This document shows, one piece after another, positions 31,207 to 40,866 of a DNA stretch of 64,000 nt. The notes under the pieces were generated by a model. The model saw nothing but the letters and a program-made list of their open reading frames with translations. It searched no databases and had not been told where the DNA came from. The stretch is from an uncultured Thermotogaceae bacterium (GTDB taxonomy: Bacteria > Bipolaricaulota > Bipolaricaulia > Bipolaricaulales > Bipolaricaulaceae), in NCBI GenBank assembly GCA_964448595.1, contig CAYUWL010000001.1, positions 23,222-87,221 of the forward strand, read 5' to 3'. Both the position numbers and the translations under genes were made by a program. Numbering within the stretch: position 1 is the stretch's first letter; every line of letters starts with the position of its first letter.

Positions 31207-31392
31207 ATGGCAAGAAAAGCGCTTGTTCTGAAGTCGCAGCGGTCGCCGAAGTACAAGGTACGGCACCGCAACCGCTGCCAGCTGTGTGGCCGGCCGCGGG
31301 GGTATATTCGGGACTTCGGCCTGTGCCGACTGTGTTTCAGAAAGCTCGCCCTGGAGGGGGAGATCCCCGGGGTGAAGAAGGCGAGTTGGTGA
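31207..31392 (+). CDS. rpsZ: 30S ribosomal protein S14, type Z (zinc-binding, 61 aa)
   Basis: CQLCGRPRG...CRLCFR (CxxC..CxxC); start trimmed from ORF 31174. Confidence 0.95.
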   Translation: MARKALVLKSQRSPKYKVRHRNRCQLCGRPRGYIRDFGLCRLCFRKLALEGEIPGVKKASW

Positions 31393-31403
31393 GGGGGGAT
31401 GCC

Positions 31404-31814
31404 GTGACGGTCTCTGATCCGATCGCTGACATGCTGACGCGGATCCGGAACGCCCTCGAGCGTCGGCATTCCGAGGTCGTGATGCCCTCCTCCAAAATGC
31501 GACAGGAGATCTGCCGCATCCTCAAGGAAGAGGGCTACATTGAGGACTGGCAGGTGGAGGAGGGCGAAAGCTACCCCATCCTCAGGTTGCGCCTAAAGTA
31601 CCTGGCGGAGGGGACGCGGATCCAGCGCCCCGCCATTCAGGGGCTCAGGCGGATCAGCCGGTCTTCCCGGCGCGTATTCGTGCGGGCAAGCGAAATACCC
31701 GACGCTCATAGTGGCCTTGGAATCTGTATTCTTTCGACCTCGCAGGGGATCATGACCGGGCGGCAGGCGCGCGAAAGGCGCCTCGGCGGCGAGCTGTTGT
31801 GCGAGATCTGGTGA
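31404..31814 (+). CDS. rpsH: 30S ribosomal protein S8
   Basis: VTVSDPIADMLTRIRNA; GTG start in frame within ORF 31152. Confidence 0.94.
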   Translation: MTVSDPIADMLTRIRNALERRHSEVVMPSSKMRQEICRILKEEGYIEDWQVEEGESYPILRLRLKYLAEGTRIQRPAIQGLRRISRSSRRVFVRASEIPDAHSGLGICILSTSQGIMTGRQARERRLGGELLCEIW

Positions 31815-31825
31815 GGTGAAGCGAG

Positions 31826-32368
31826 ATGTCCAAGATCGGAAAGCGGCCGATTCCCTTGCCCGAGGGCGTGCGCGTCACCGTGCATGGGGACGAGGTGGTA
31901 GTGGAAGGGCCGCACGGCAGGCTCCTGCAGCGTTACGAGCCCGAGTACGTGGAGATCGTGGTCGAGGAAGGCAAGGTTCGGGTGATACGAAAAGGGGATC
32001 GGGCAGCCTTCAGGGCCCGACACGGCCTGTACCGAGCCCTGATCGCGAACATGGTGCATGGCGTGACTCAAAGGTGGGAGAAGGAGCTGGAGATCCATGG
32101 GCTGGGGTATCGGGCCCGCCTGGAGGGGAAGACTCTGGTTATGGAGCTTGGGTATTCCCATCCCGTGCGCTATGAGCCCCCAGCGGGGGTCGAGGTGGAG
32201 GTCCCGGACCCACAGCGCATCGTGGTGCGGGGCATCGATAAACAGCTCGTGGGTCAGGTCGCGGCCGACATCCGGGCCGCAAGACCTCCCGAGCCGTACC
32301 GGGCCACCGGGATCCGGTACAAGGGTGAGGAGATCGTCCGCAAGGCCGGAAAGCTTGGGGTGAAGTGA
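31826..32368 (+). CDS. rplF: 50S ribosomal protein L6
   Basis: [15 protein letters not shown]. Confidence 0.96.
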   Translation: MSKIGKRPIPLPEGVRVTVHGDEVVVEGPHGRLLQRYEPEYVEIVVEEGKVRVIRKGDRAAFRARHGLYRALIANMVHGVTQRWEKELEIHGLGYRARLEGKTLVMELGYSHPVRYEPPAGVEVEVPDPQRIVVRGIDKQLVGQVAADIRAARPPEPYRATGIRYKGEEIVRKAGKLGVK

Positions 32369-32376
32369 TCTTGAGC

Positions 32377-32739
32377 ATGGGGAAGCTCAGTCGGAACGAG
32401 ATGAGGAAGAAGCGCCACCTCCGGATCCGACGTAAGGTGGTGGGGACGCCGGCCCGGCCGCGGCTGTGCGTGTACAAGAGCCTGCGGCACATCTACGCCC
32501 AACTGATCGATGACTCGTGCGGGCACACACTGGCCGCTGCCTCCACCCTGGAGCCGGAGGTGCGGGAGAAGATCAAGGGGGCGGACCTGGAGGCGGCCCG
32601 CCTGGTGGGCAAGCTCATCGCCCAGCGGGCCTTGGAGAAGGGGATCCGGGAGGTGGTGTTCGATCGGGCTGGCTACCCCTACCATGGTAAGGTGCGGGCG
32701 CTGGCTGAAGCCGCGCGGGAGGGGGGGTTGATATTTTGA
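32377..32739 (+). CDS. rplR: 50S ribosomal protein L18
   Basis: [33 protein letters not shown]; alternative GTG start at 32365. Confidence 0.93.
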   Translation: MGKLSRNEMRKKRHLRIRRKVVGTPARPRLCVYKSLRHIYAQLIDDSCGHTLAAASTLEPEVREKIKGADLEAARLVGKLIAQRALEKGIREVVFDRAGYPYHGKVRALAEAAREGGLIF

Positions 32740-33251
32740 AGCTTGACGTAAGCACTGAACAACTATCGAACGAGGTCATCGAGATCCGCCGGGTGGGCAA
32801 GGTCACCAAGGGCGGAAAGCGCCTCAGGTTCCGGGTTGTGGTCGTGGTCGGCGATGGCGAAGGCCACGTGGGGGTGGGAATAGGTAAATCCATAGAAATC
32901 CCCCAGGCCATCCAGCAGGCCATTCGCGATGCGGCCAAACACATGGTCGAGGTCCCCATCACGGGCGGCACCATCCCCCATGAGGTGATCGGCCAGTTCA
33001 AGGCGGCTCAGGTGCTCCTCAAGCCCGCTTATCCTGGGACCGGGGTCATCGCCGGTCGGACCGTGGGTGCGGTATGTAGGCTTGCGGGGATCCGCGATAT
33101 CCTCACCAAGGCATTGGGTTCCACCAACCCGTTGAACCTGGCGCGGGCTACCCTGGAGGGGTTTAAGCGGCTGGAGACTCCCGAACAGGTGGCCGTCCGC
33201 CGGGGGAAGAAGTTGGAGGAAATCCTGGAGGTTGAGGGTGCTAAAGCTTAG
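32736..33251 (+). CDS. rpsE: 30S ribosomal protein S5
   Basis: S5 family ([17 protein letters not shown]); TTG start. Confidence 0.95.
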   Translation: MKLDVSTEQLSNEVIEIRRVGKVTKGGKRLRFRVVVVVGDGEGHVGVGIGKSIEIPQAIQQAIRDAAKHMVEVPITGGTIPHEVIGQFKAAQVLLKPAYPGTGVIAGRTVGAVCRLAGIRDILTKALGSTNPLNLARATLEGFKRLETPEQVAVRRGKKLEEILEVEGAKA

Positions 33252-33687
33252 CGACCTTTCGCCTACTCCTGGTAGCAAACGCCGTCGCAAACGTGTGGGG
33301 CGGGGCTATAGCTCCGGCCACGGCGGGCACGAGTCCGGCCGCGGCACCAAGGGCCAGGGATCGCGCTCCGGGGTGCACGTGCGTCCCGGGTTCGAGGGCG
33401 GACAGACCCCGTTCTGGATGAGGTTCCCCAAGCGGGGGTTCAAGAACCCCTGCCGGGTGGAGTACGCCATCGTGAACGTGGGCCAGCTCGAGGCACATTT
33501 TGAGCCCGGGGATGTGGTCACTCTGGAGGGACTCGTGGCTCGAGGCCTGGTCAAGGACCTCAAAGGTGGCCTCAAGATCCTGGGCAAAGGCCAGCTCAGA
33601 AAGCCCTTGACGGTTAAGGCCCACAAGTTCAGCCGGGCGGCCCGGGAGAAGATCCTGGCGGCCGGGGGCCAGGCCGAGGAGGTCTGA
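33238..33687 (+). CDS. rplO: 50S ribosomal protein L15
   Basis: [22 protein letters not shown]; GTG 33238, 6 nt after a GGAGG; overlaps the rpsE end, so there is no room for rpmD. Confidence 0.93.
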   Translation: MLKLSDLSPTPGSKRRRKRVGRGYSSGHGGHESGRGTKGQGSRSGVHVRPGFEGGQTPFWMRFPKRGFKNPCRVEYAIVNVGQLEAHFEPGDVVTLEGLVARGLVKDLKGGLKILGKGQLRKPLTVKAHKFSRAAREKILAAGGQAEEV

Positions 33688-33689
33688 CC

Positions 33690-34982
33690 GTGCTAGAAAG
33701 ACTCCATCAGGTCTTCGCCATCGAGGAGCTCCGCAAGAGGATCCTCTACACCCTGGCCATGTTGCTCGTGTTCCGTATCGGCTCGTATATCCCGGTCCCG
33801 GGAGTGGACACAAAGCAGCTGGCTGAGGTCCTGTCCGGGGCGTTCGGGGCAGGGATTTTTCAATTCATCGACCTATTCACTGGAGGGGCACTGCAGCGGT
33901 TTTCCTTGTTCGGTCTTGGGGTGATCCCCTACATCAACGCGTCCATCATCCTGTCACTCCTTATCCCGGTGTTCCCGAAGCTCAAGGAGCTCCAGCAGCA
34001 AGGGCGCGAAGGGAGACGGAAGCTCACCCAATATACCCGCTGGGGCACAGTGGCCCTCGCGTTCCTCCAAGCTTATGCCATGAGCTACCTCGTGATTCGC
34101 TATGGACTTGCCCGGCCCACGGTGGGTTTCTTCCTTACCTCCATCATCGCCCTCACCGCCGGGACGATCTTCCTGATGTGGGTCGGCGAGCGCATCACAG
34201 AAAATGGCATCGGAAACGGGATCTCCGTGCTCATCATGGCCGGGATCATCGCCCGGTTTCCAGGGCAGCTCCAGCGGACCTACCTTGAGATCTCGGCGGG
34301 GACGGTGTCCCCCATTTGGGCGGTGGGTCTTGTGGTGCTGTTTGTGGTGGTGATCGCGGGAACTGTGATCATCCAGCAAGGGCAGCGCAAGATCCCCATT
34401 CAGTACGCCAAGAGGACCGCCGGCCGCAGGGTGTACGGGGGCCATACCGCGCATCTGCCGATCCGGGTGAACCAGGGTGGTGTGATCCCGATCATCTTCG
34501 CCTCAGCCATCCTGACGCTTCCGAGCTCGGTGGCAGCTTGGGTGCCGGGGCTGAGCTGGCTGCAGAGTTACGTGGCCCCGGGAAGCCTCATCTACCTCCT
34601 CGCTTACGTGGTTTTGATTTTCTTCTTCACGTACTTTTACTCCTCCCTGGTGTTTGATCCCCATGATCTTGCCAAGAACCTCAGGGAGGCCGGGGGGTTT
34701 GTCCCTGGAGTGCGGCCTGGCGACTCCACGGCCCGTTATTTGACGGACATCACCGGAAGGCTGCTTTTGGTGGGGGCGACCTTCCTGGCAGGCATTGCCG
34801 TGCTCCCGTTTATCTTTCGGGCCGTCTCCGGGATCACCGCCTTCTCCTTGGGGGGGACCTCCCTGCTCATCCTGGTGGGGGTGGGGATCGACACCATCAT
34901 GCAGATCGAGGCGCACCTTGTGATGCGGCAGTATGAGTCCTTGGTGAAGGGGACGGCCTTCCTGGGGAGGAAGCGGGGATGA
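33690..34982 (+). CDS. secY: Preprotein translocase SecY
   Basis: Ten-TM SecY family; operon position. Confidence 0.97.
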   Translation: MLERLHQVFAIEELRKRILYTLAMLLVFRIGSYIPVPGVDTKQLAEVLSGAFGAGIFQFIDLFTGGALQRFSLFGLGVIPYINASIILSLLIPVFPKLKELQQQGREGRRKLTQYTRWGTVALAFLQAYAMSYLVIRYGLARPTVGFFLTSIIALTAGTIFLMWVGERITENGIGNGISVLIMAGIIARFPGQLQRTYLEISAGTVSPIWAVGLVVLFVVVIAGTVIIQQGQRKIPIQYAKRTAGRRVYGGHTAHLPIRVNQGGVIPIIFASAILTLPSSVAAWVPGLSWLQSYVAPGSLIYLLAYVVLIFFFTYFYSSLVFDPHDLAKNLREAGGFVPGVRPGDSTARYLTDITGRLLLVGATFLAGIAVLPFIFRAVSGITAFSLGGTSLLILVGVGIDTIMQIEAHLVMRQYESLVKGTAFLGRKRG

Positions 34983-35614
34983 AACGCAATCTTGTTTTGC
35001 TGGGCCCTCCAGGGGCTGGGAAGGGGACGGTGGCCCAGAGGCTGGCCTCCGAGCGGGGCTTGCTTCACCTTTCCACCGGGGATGTGCTCAGGGACGAAGT
35101 GGCCCGCGCTACGGCCCTGGGGCAGCGCGCCAAGGATTACATGGACAGAGGAGAACTTGTTCCAGATGAGCTTATCCTGTCCATGGTCAAGGAACGGGTA
35201 GAGGGACGTTCCGGCATCCTGTTCGATGGGTTTCCCCGCACCTTGGCCCAAGCGGAGGGGCTTGAAAAGATCGCCCCCATCGATGCGGTGATCTTCCTTG
35301 AGGTGGACAAGGACACGGTAGTCAGCCGTCTTTCCGCCCGCCGGATTTGCCCCCAGTGTGGGGCAGTCTACAACTTGGTCACCCAACCACCCAAGGAGGA
35401 TGAGCGCTGTGACCAGTGCGGGACGAAGCTCATCCAACGGGACGATGACAAACCTGAGGTGATCGCCCGCCGGTTCGAGGTGTACATGCGCCAGTCCGCC
35501 CCACTGGCCCGCTACTACGAGAAAAAAGGCCTTTTGATCCGCATAGATGCTGGCCGTTCCCCTGAGGAGGTGTACGCCGCCGCCCTCCGCGCCCTTCGCG
35601 ATGATCGCCCTTAA
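34979..35614 (+). CDS. adk: Adenylate kinase with zinc lid
   Basis: P-loop GPPGAGKGT; lid CPQCG...CDQCG. Confidence 0.96.
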   Translation: MKRNLVLLGPPGAGKGTVAQRLASERGLLHLSTGDVLRDEVARATALGQRAKDYMDRGELVPDELILSMVKERVEGRSGILFDGFPRTLAQAEGLEKIAPIDAVIFLEVDKDTVVSRLSARRICPQCGAVYNLVTQPPKEDERCDQCGTKLIQRDDDKPEVIARRFEVYMRQSAPLARYYEKKGLLIRIDAGRSPEEVYAAALRALRDDRP

Positions 35615-36380
35615 GACCACCCGCGAGCTTGAGCTGATTGAAGAAAACGCAAAGCTCCTCGCCGACATCTTGGTTGAGCTTGCCCTCGCTGCCCGACCCG
35701 GGGTCACCACTGGGGATTTGGACCGCCTGGCGGACCGGCTCATCCGGGCTGGGGGGGCGCGGCCGGCGTTCAAGGGGTATCAAGGGTATCCGGCGACCCT
35801 CTGTGCCTCGGTGAACGAGGAGATCGTACATGGGATTCCGTCTGACCGGCGCGTGCTTGCCCCAGGTGATGTGCTTTCGCTGGATCTTGGCCTGGTGCGC
35901 CGGGGGTACCACGCCGATGCCGCAGTCACCGTCGGGGTGGGCGAGGTGACGCCTGAGGCGGCCCGGCTGATGGACGTAGCTCGGGGTGCCTTGCGGGAAG
36001 CTGTAAAGTGGGTTAAAGTTGGGGTGCGGCTCTCGGATATCTCGCATGCCATCGGCGCCTATGTCAGACGCCGGGGCTTTTTCGTGGTGCGGGAATTCGT
36101 AGGACATGGAATCGGCAGGGAACTTCACGAAGACCCGCAGATCCCGAACTTCGGTCCACCGGGGAGGGGCCCTTGTCTGCGCGAGGGCATGGTCATTTGC
36201 CTTGAGCCGATGGTGAAGACGGATGACCTGCCGGTGCGGATCCTGGCCGATGGGTGGACAGCGGTGACGGGGAGCGGCGGCCCTGCGGCACATTACGAAG
36301 AGATGGTGGCCGTGCTCCCAGAGGGGCCTAAGGTCCTCACTGGTTGGATTTGGGAGGAGATTTGGCGAACAAGGAAGTGA
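35601..36380 (+). CDS. map: Methionine aminopeptidase type I
   Basis: [11 protein letters not shown]; [10 protein letters not shown] and metal-ligand pattern; start trimmed from ORF 35547. Confidence 0.93.
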   Translation: MIALKTTRELELIEENAKLLADILVELALAARPGVTTGDLDRLADRLIRAGGARPAFKGYQGYPATLCASVNEEIVHGIPSDRRVLAPGDVLSLDLGLVRRGYHADAAVTVGVGEVTPEAARLMDVARGALREAVKWVKVGVRLSDISHAIGAYVRRRGFFVVREFVGHGIGRELHEDPQIPNFGPPGRGPCLREGMVICLEPMVKTDDLPVRILADGWTAVTGSGGPAAHYEEMVAVLPEGPKVLTGWIWEEIWRTRK

Positions 36381-36580
36381 TCCGGGCGCGGGGTGAGGTC
36401 ATCGAGGTGTTGCCCGATTCCATGTTCCGGGTGAGACTCGATAATGGCCATGTGGCCCTGTGTAAGAGCTCCGGCCGCATGAGGAAGCATTTCATCCGGG
36501 TTGTGACCGGGGACAGGGTGGTGGTCGAGTTCTCCCCTTACGACCTCACCCGGGGCCGGATCGTGTACCGGGAGACATAA
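36362..36580 (+). CDS. infA: Translation initiation factor IF-1
   Basis: S1-like OB fold [20 protein letters not shown]...; the likely TTG start gives the canonical 72 aa (ORF track starts at 36344). Confidence 0.92.
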   Translation: MANKEVIRARGEVIEVLPDSMFRVRLDNGHVALCKSSGRMRKHFIRVVTGDRVVVEFSPYDLTRGRIVYRET

Positions 36581-36594
36581 AAAGGAGCGGAAAA

Positions 36595-36708
36595 ATGAAG
36601 GTACGGAGTTCGGTGAAGAAGATGTGTGAGAAGTGTCGGGTGATTCGGAGAGGCGGCCGACTGTGGGTCGTGTGTCGTGACCCCAAACACAAACAGCGTC
36701 AAGGCTAA
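36595..36708 (+). CDS. rpmJ: 50S ribosomal protein L36
   Basis: Not in the ORF track (37 aa); hand translation [37 protein letters not shown], with the zinc ligand pattern. Confidence 0.93.
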   Translation: MKVRSSVKKMCEKCRVIRRGGRLWVVCRDPKHKQRQG

Positions 36709-36717
36709 GGGGGGGCG

Positions 36718-37083
36718 ATGGCAAGGATTGCAGGCGTAAACCTTCCGGCCAAGAAGAGGATCGAGGTGGCATTGACGTACATATACGGGATTGGGCCATC
36801 CCGGGCCAAGGAGATCCTGGCCCGGACTGGGGTTGATCCCAATACCCGGGTGATGGACTTAACAGAGCAGGAGGTCACGGCCCTCAGGCATGAGGTGGAG
36901 TCCTATACGGTTGAGGGTGATCTTCGCCGCCAGGTCCGGGATCACATCCAGCGGCTCATCGACATCGGGTGTTATCGCGGGCTCCGGCACAAGGCCGGGC
37001 TTCCGGTACGGGGGCAGAAGACGCGTTCCAACGCCCGTACGTGGAAGGGACCGCGGCCGGCCAAGGCTGGAAAGAGGAAATAG
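36718..37083 (+). CDS. rpsM: 30S ribosomal protein S13
   Basis: [10 protein letters not shown]... Confidence 0.97.
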   Translation: MARIAGVNLPAKKRIEVALTYIYGIGPSRAKEILARTGVDPNTRVMDLTEQEVTALRHEVESYTVEGDLRRQVRDHIQRLIDIGCYRGLRHKAGLPVRGQKTRSNARTWKGPRPAKAGKRK

Positions 37084-37085
37084 CC

Positions 37086-37442
37086 ATGGCAAGGCGTACC
37101 ACCAAGCGCAAGAAGAAGGCGATCAAGCTCGAGCGGGCCCGGGTGCATATCCACTCCACCTTCAACAACACCATCCTCACCTTAACTGATCTGAACGGGG
37201 ATGTGATCACCTGGAAATCACCTGGGACGGTGGGCTTCTCGGGTTCCCGCAAGGGGACGCCTTACGCGGCGCAGCTTGCGGCCCAGGCCCTGGCCAAGGA
37301 GATGAAGGACTTCGGCATTCGGTCGGTGGTGGTCACGGTGGTCGGGACCGGGGCAGGACGCCAGGCAGCGGTTCAGACCCTGCGCTCCGCGGGCATCCAA
37401 GTGGAGGAGGTCAAGAACGTGACCCCGGTGTCGCACAGTTAA
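37086..37442 (+). CDS. rpsK: 30S ribosomal protein S11
   Basis: VHIHSTFNNTILTLTD; start trimmed from ORF 36969. Confidence 0.96.
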   Translation: MARRTTKRKKKAIKLERARVHIHSTFNNTILTLTDLNGDVITWKSPGTVGFSGSRKGTPYAAQLAAQALAKEMKDFGIRSVVVTVVGTGAGRQAAVQTLRSAGIQVEEVKNVTPVSHS

Positions 37443-37447
37443 ACGGA

Positions 37448-37475
37448 CCCCAAAAAGTCTTTCGACTTTTTGGGG
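37448..37475 (+). promoter_or_regulatory. Perfect 12-bp stem / 4-nt loop hairpin between rpsK and rpsD
   Basis: CCCCAAAAAGTC-tttc-GACTTTTTGGGG read directly; no downstream T-tract. Confidence 0.6.
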
Positions 37476-37508
37476 GCCCCTGACCGGGGTGGATTAGGAG
37501 GTTGGAAA

Positions 37509-38132
37509 ATGGGTAGGTATACCGATTCGAAATGCCGTCTTTGCCGCAGGGAGGGAGTGAAGCTCTTTCTGAAAGGCGATCGTTGCTATTCTGACAAGTG
37601 TGCCTTAAGCAGGCGGCCGTATGCGCCCGGCCAGCACGGCCGGTTCCGTCGCCGGGCTACCCAGTTCGCGATTCACCTCAGGGAAAAGCAGAAGGCCAAG
37701 CGCATCTACGGGGTCAGGGAGGGCCAATTCCGTCGCTATGTGGAGATGGCCAAAAAGCGGAAAGGGGTCACGGGTGAAGCCCTGCTCAGGATCCTGGAGA
37801 GGCGCCTCGACAATGTGGTGTACCGGGCTGGGTTCGCCTACTCCCGGGACCAGGCCCGGCAACTCGTCACCCATGGGCACTTTTTGGTGAACGGCCGACA
37901 CCTGAACGTGCCTTCCTACTTGACGAAGGAGGGAGATATCATCGAAGTGCGGCCCCAGTCGAAAGACAAGCTGCGGGAGCTCATCAAGGGGGCAGCACAG
38001 CGCCGGCCCCTTCCCAGTTGGCTCAATCGGGACCTGGAGGCCCTGCGCATTCAGATGGCCTCCGAGCCCAGCGTGGAGGACCTGGATCAGTCCATCGAGA
38101 CAAGCCTTATCGTGGAGTTCTACTCGAGGTAG
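37509..38132 (+). CDS. rpsD: 30S ribosomal protein S4
   Basis: [16 protein letters not shown]...; AGGAGG RBS; start trimmed from ORF 37470. Confidence 0.96.
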   Translation: MGRYTDSKCRLCRREGVKLFLKGDRCYSDKCALSRRPYAPGQHGRFRRRATQFAIHLREKQKAKRIYGVREGQFRRYVEMAKKRKGVTGEALLRILERRLDNVVYRAGFAYSRDQARQLVTHGHFLVNGRHLNVPSYLTKEGDIIEVRPQSKDKLRELIKGAAQRRPLPSWLNRDLEALRIQMASEPSVEDLDQSIETSLIVEFYSR

Positions 38133-38137
38133 AAAAG

Positions 38138-39067
38138 ATGCCAAGCTTTATATATCCGGAGAACTTGGTTTGGACCCAGCACGATGCCCGGTACGGGCGG
38201 CTGGTGGTGGAGCCGCTGGAGCGGGGGTATGCCACCACCTTGGGCAACTCCCTCCGTCGGGTGCTCCTTTCCTCCATCCCCGGCGCCGCCATCGTCAGGG
38301 TGAACTTCTCAGGGAAGTATCACGAATACGATACCATCGAGGGGGTGCGGGAGGATATCCTTACCATCATCCTCAACCTCCGCGGGGTGGTGTTTCGCAC
38401 AGAGGATGAAGAGCTGCATCGCCTGTACCTGAACGCCACCGGGCCGGCCGAGGTACAAGCTCGTAGCATCGAGACCCCGGCAGGGGTGGAGATCGTCAAC
38501 CCCGACCATTATATCGCCACTCTGAACGAGGATGGTCGCCTTGAGGTCGAGATGGAACTCGAGGTGGGACGTGGATTCCGGCCGGCGGAGGAGAACAAGC
38601 GGGAGGATGCACCTCTTTCCCTCATCCCTATCGACTCGGACTTCTCCCCCATCGAGAAGGTGAACTTCCAGGTGGAGGAAACCCGTGTAGGTGGACGTTC
38701 CGGCTACGAGCGCCTTGTGCTTGAGGTGTGGACCAACGGAGCCGTCACTCCCCAGGCCGCTGTAAAGCAGGCCGTCGAGATCCTGGAGAGGCACCTCTCC
38801 TTTGTGGCCGGGGCAGCGCCGGAGGAGGGCAAGGCCCCGGAGGAGCCTGTGCCTGAGGAGTTGCTTCAGCCCCTTGAGAAGACGGGGTTTGAGGCCCGGG
38901 CGTGTAATTTGCTCCGGGAGGAGGGCATAGTCACCTTGCAAGACCTCCTCTCCCGCAGTCGAGAGGAACTGCTTGACATCCATGGTTTCGGCGAAAAGAC
39001 CCTCGAGAGGCTTGAGGAGCACCTCGCCGAGCTTGGATACAAGCTTCGCTCTGAGAAGGAGGGTTGA
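38138..39067 (+). CDS. rpoA: RNA polymerase alpha subunit
   Basis: GYATTLGNSLRRVLLSSIPGAA; C-terminal HhH domain; start trimmed from ORF 38018. Confidence 0.96.
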   Translation: MPSFIYPENLVWTQHDARYGRLVVEPLERGYATTLGNSLRRVLLSSIPGAAIVRVNFSGKYHEYDTIEGVREDILTIILNLRGVVFRTEDEELHRLYLNATGPAEVQARSIETPAGVEIVNPDHYIATLNEDGRLEVEMELEVGRGFRPAEENKREDAPLSLIPIDSDFSPIEKVNFQVEETRVGGRSGYERLVLEVWTNGAVTPQAAVKQAVEILERHLSFVAGAAPEEGKAPEEPVPEELLQPLEKTGFEARACNLLREEGIVTLQDLLSRSREELLDIHGFGEKTLERLEEHLAELGYKLRSEKEG

Positions 39068-39418
39068 ATGCGGCATCGTCGCAAGGTTCCCAAGCTATCG
39101 ATGACGCGGTCTCGCAGGCGATCGGTGCTTGCCGGACAGGCCAAGGCATTGATCCTCAATGGCAAGGTGGACACCACCCCAGCGCGGGCCAAGGCGACTC
39201 AGCAGCTGGTGGAGCGGCTGGTGACCTGGGCCAGGCGGGGGGACCAGGCTGCCCGCAGGCGGGCGTTTTCTGTGCTTCAGGACAAGGAAGCCACCCACAA
39301 GCTGTTTGAGGAGATCGGGCCTAAGTACAAGGACCGCCCTGGGGGCTACACGCGCCTCCTGAAGCTTGGCCCCAGACACGGGGACGGGGCGGAGGAAGCC
39401 CGCCTCACATGGGTATGA
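39068..39418 (+). CDS. rplQ: 50S ribosomal protein L17
   Basis: MRHRRKVPKL... Confidence 0.96.
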   Translation: MRHRRKVPKLSMTRSRRRSVLAGQAKALILNGKVDTTPARAKATQQLVERLVTWARRGDQAARRRAFSVLQDKEATHKLFEEIGPKYKDRPGGYTRLLKLGPRHGDGAEEARLTWV

Positions 39419-39801
39419 GCGAAAGACGCAAGGCCATTCTGCCCCCAGGCGCTCACACGGCAGGCCCTTATTCCCCGGCCATCCGCGCCGGGGATTTTCT
39501 CTTCGTCTCGGGGCAGATCCCACTGGGGGAGGATGGTGAGCTGGTCCCCGGAGGGATCGAGGAGCAGACGAAAAGGTGTATGGAGAACTTGCGGGCGGTC
39601 CTCTCCGCCGCCGGGGCTTCCTTTTCGGACTTGGTGAAAGTGACGATCTACCTCACCGATATGGGGGATTTTGCGGCAGTCAACCGGGTATACGCTGAAT
39701 ACTTCGACCTTGTCCCCCCGGCCCGGGCCTGTATTCAGGTAGGGGCCCTCCCCAAGGGCGCCCGAATCGAGATCGAGGCCATCGCCTACCTGGGCAAGTA
39801 G
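39415..39801 (+). CDS. ridA: RidA/YjgF-family reactive-intermediate deaminase
   Basis: GPYSPAIRAGDFLFVSGQIP ... ARACIQVGALPKGARIEIEAIA; ATGA overlap with rplQ stop (alternative ATG 39409). Confidence 0.85.
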   Translation: MSERRKAILPPGAHTAGPYSPAIRAGDFLFVSGQIPLGEDGELVPGGIEEQTKRCMENLRAVLSAAGASFSDLVKVTIYLTDMGDFAAVNRVYAEYFDLVPPARACIQVGALPKGARIEIEAIAYLGK

Positions 39802-39807
39802 CCCGGG

Positions 39808-40767
39808 TTAAAGCTCGCCTCGAGCGGCCCTTTCAGCTAGCCTTTTCAGCATGTCCTCGGTCATGGCCGCCAGGTCATAGGTTGGACGCCATCCCCACTC
39901 CTCCCGGGCTGCGGAGTCGTCGATGCTCCTAGGCCAGGAGTCAGCGATCCCTTGGCGGAAGTCCGGCCGATACTCCACTTCGAAGCCTGGGATATGTTTT
40001 CTGATCTCAGCCGCAAGCTCCTCCGCCGAGAAGCTCATGGCGGCCACGTTGTAGTCCGCCCGACGGGTGAGGGAGCTAGGGTCGGCCTCCATGAGCTGGA
40101 TGGCCGCTTTCAGGCAGTCAGGCATATACATCATAGGCAGGGTTGTGTCCGGTCGCACAAAGCAGGTGTACGGCTCCCCCTTCACCGCGGCGTAGAACAT
40201 CTCCACCGCGTAGTCGGTGGTCCCGCCCCCTGGTGGGGTCTCGCTGGAGATGATGCCGGGGTACCTCACTCCCCGCACGTCCAGGCCGTAGCGGCGGGCG
40301 TAATAGTCACACAGATATTCCCCCGCCACTTTGGTGACCCCGTACATCGTGGTTGGGGAAAGCACGGTGTCCTGTGGGGTGTTATCTTTAGGCGTTTTGG
40401 GGCCGAACACGGCGATGGAACTGGGCCAGAAGATCTTACTTGTCCCGCCGGCCCGGGCGACCTCGAGTACGTTATACAGGCCGTCCAAGTTCACCCGCCA
40501 AGCCGCATCTGGGTGTTCCTCTCCCTTGGCGGAAAGGACTGCCGCCAAGTGGTAGATCGCATCTGGCTTGTATTCCCTTACGACCTTCTCCAGCTCGGCG
40601 CGGTCGGTCACGTCGAGCCTCACCGAGGGCCCTGAATCCTTTAAGGGGGGCGGGAGGGGAGTGCGATGGAAGGCGGCCACTACGTTTTCGCTGCCATAAC
40701 GCCTGCGCAACTCGAGTGTGAGCTCCGAACCGATCTGCCCCGTTGCCCCAGTTACAAGAATCCTCAC
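39808..40767 (-). CDS. tdh: SDR/GalE-like L-threonine 3-dehydrogenase
   Basis: Rossmann ILVTGATGQIGSEL, YHLAA; GTG 40767 lies 5 nt after AGGAGG; divergent from kbl. Confidence 0.75.
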   Translation of the reverse strand: MRILVTGATGQIGSELTLELRRRYGSENVVAAFHRTPLPPPLKDSGPSVRLDVTDRAELEKVVREYKPDAIYHLAAVLSAKGEEHPDAAWRVNLDGLYNVLEVARAGGTSKIFWPSSIAVFGPKTPKDNTPQDTVLSPTTMYGVTKVAGEYLCDYYARRYGLDVRGVRYPGIISSETPPGGGTTDYAVEMFYAAVKGEPYTCFVRPDTTLPMMYMPDCLKAAIQLMEADPSSLTRRADYNVAAMSFSAEELAAEIRKHIPGFEVEYRPDFRQGIADSWPRSIDDSAAREEWGWRPTYDLAAMTEDMLKRLAERAARGEL

Positions 40768-40866
40768 TGTTCCCTCCTTTTCCAGGAAAGCACGCAATTC
40801 TAGCCCACTGATCGCGCTTGTCCAACGGCAAGCTACAGGGTAACCTGGAAAAGAAGGGAGGAATAA

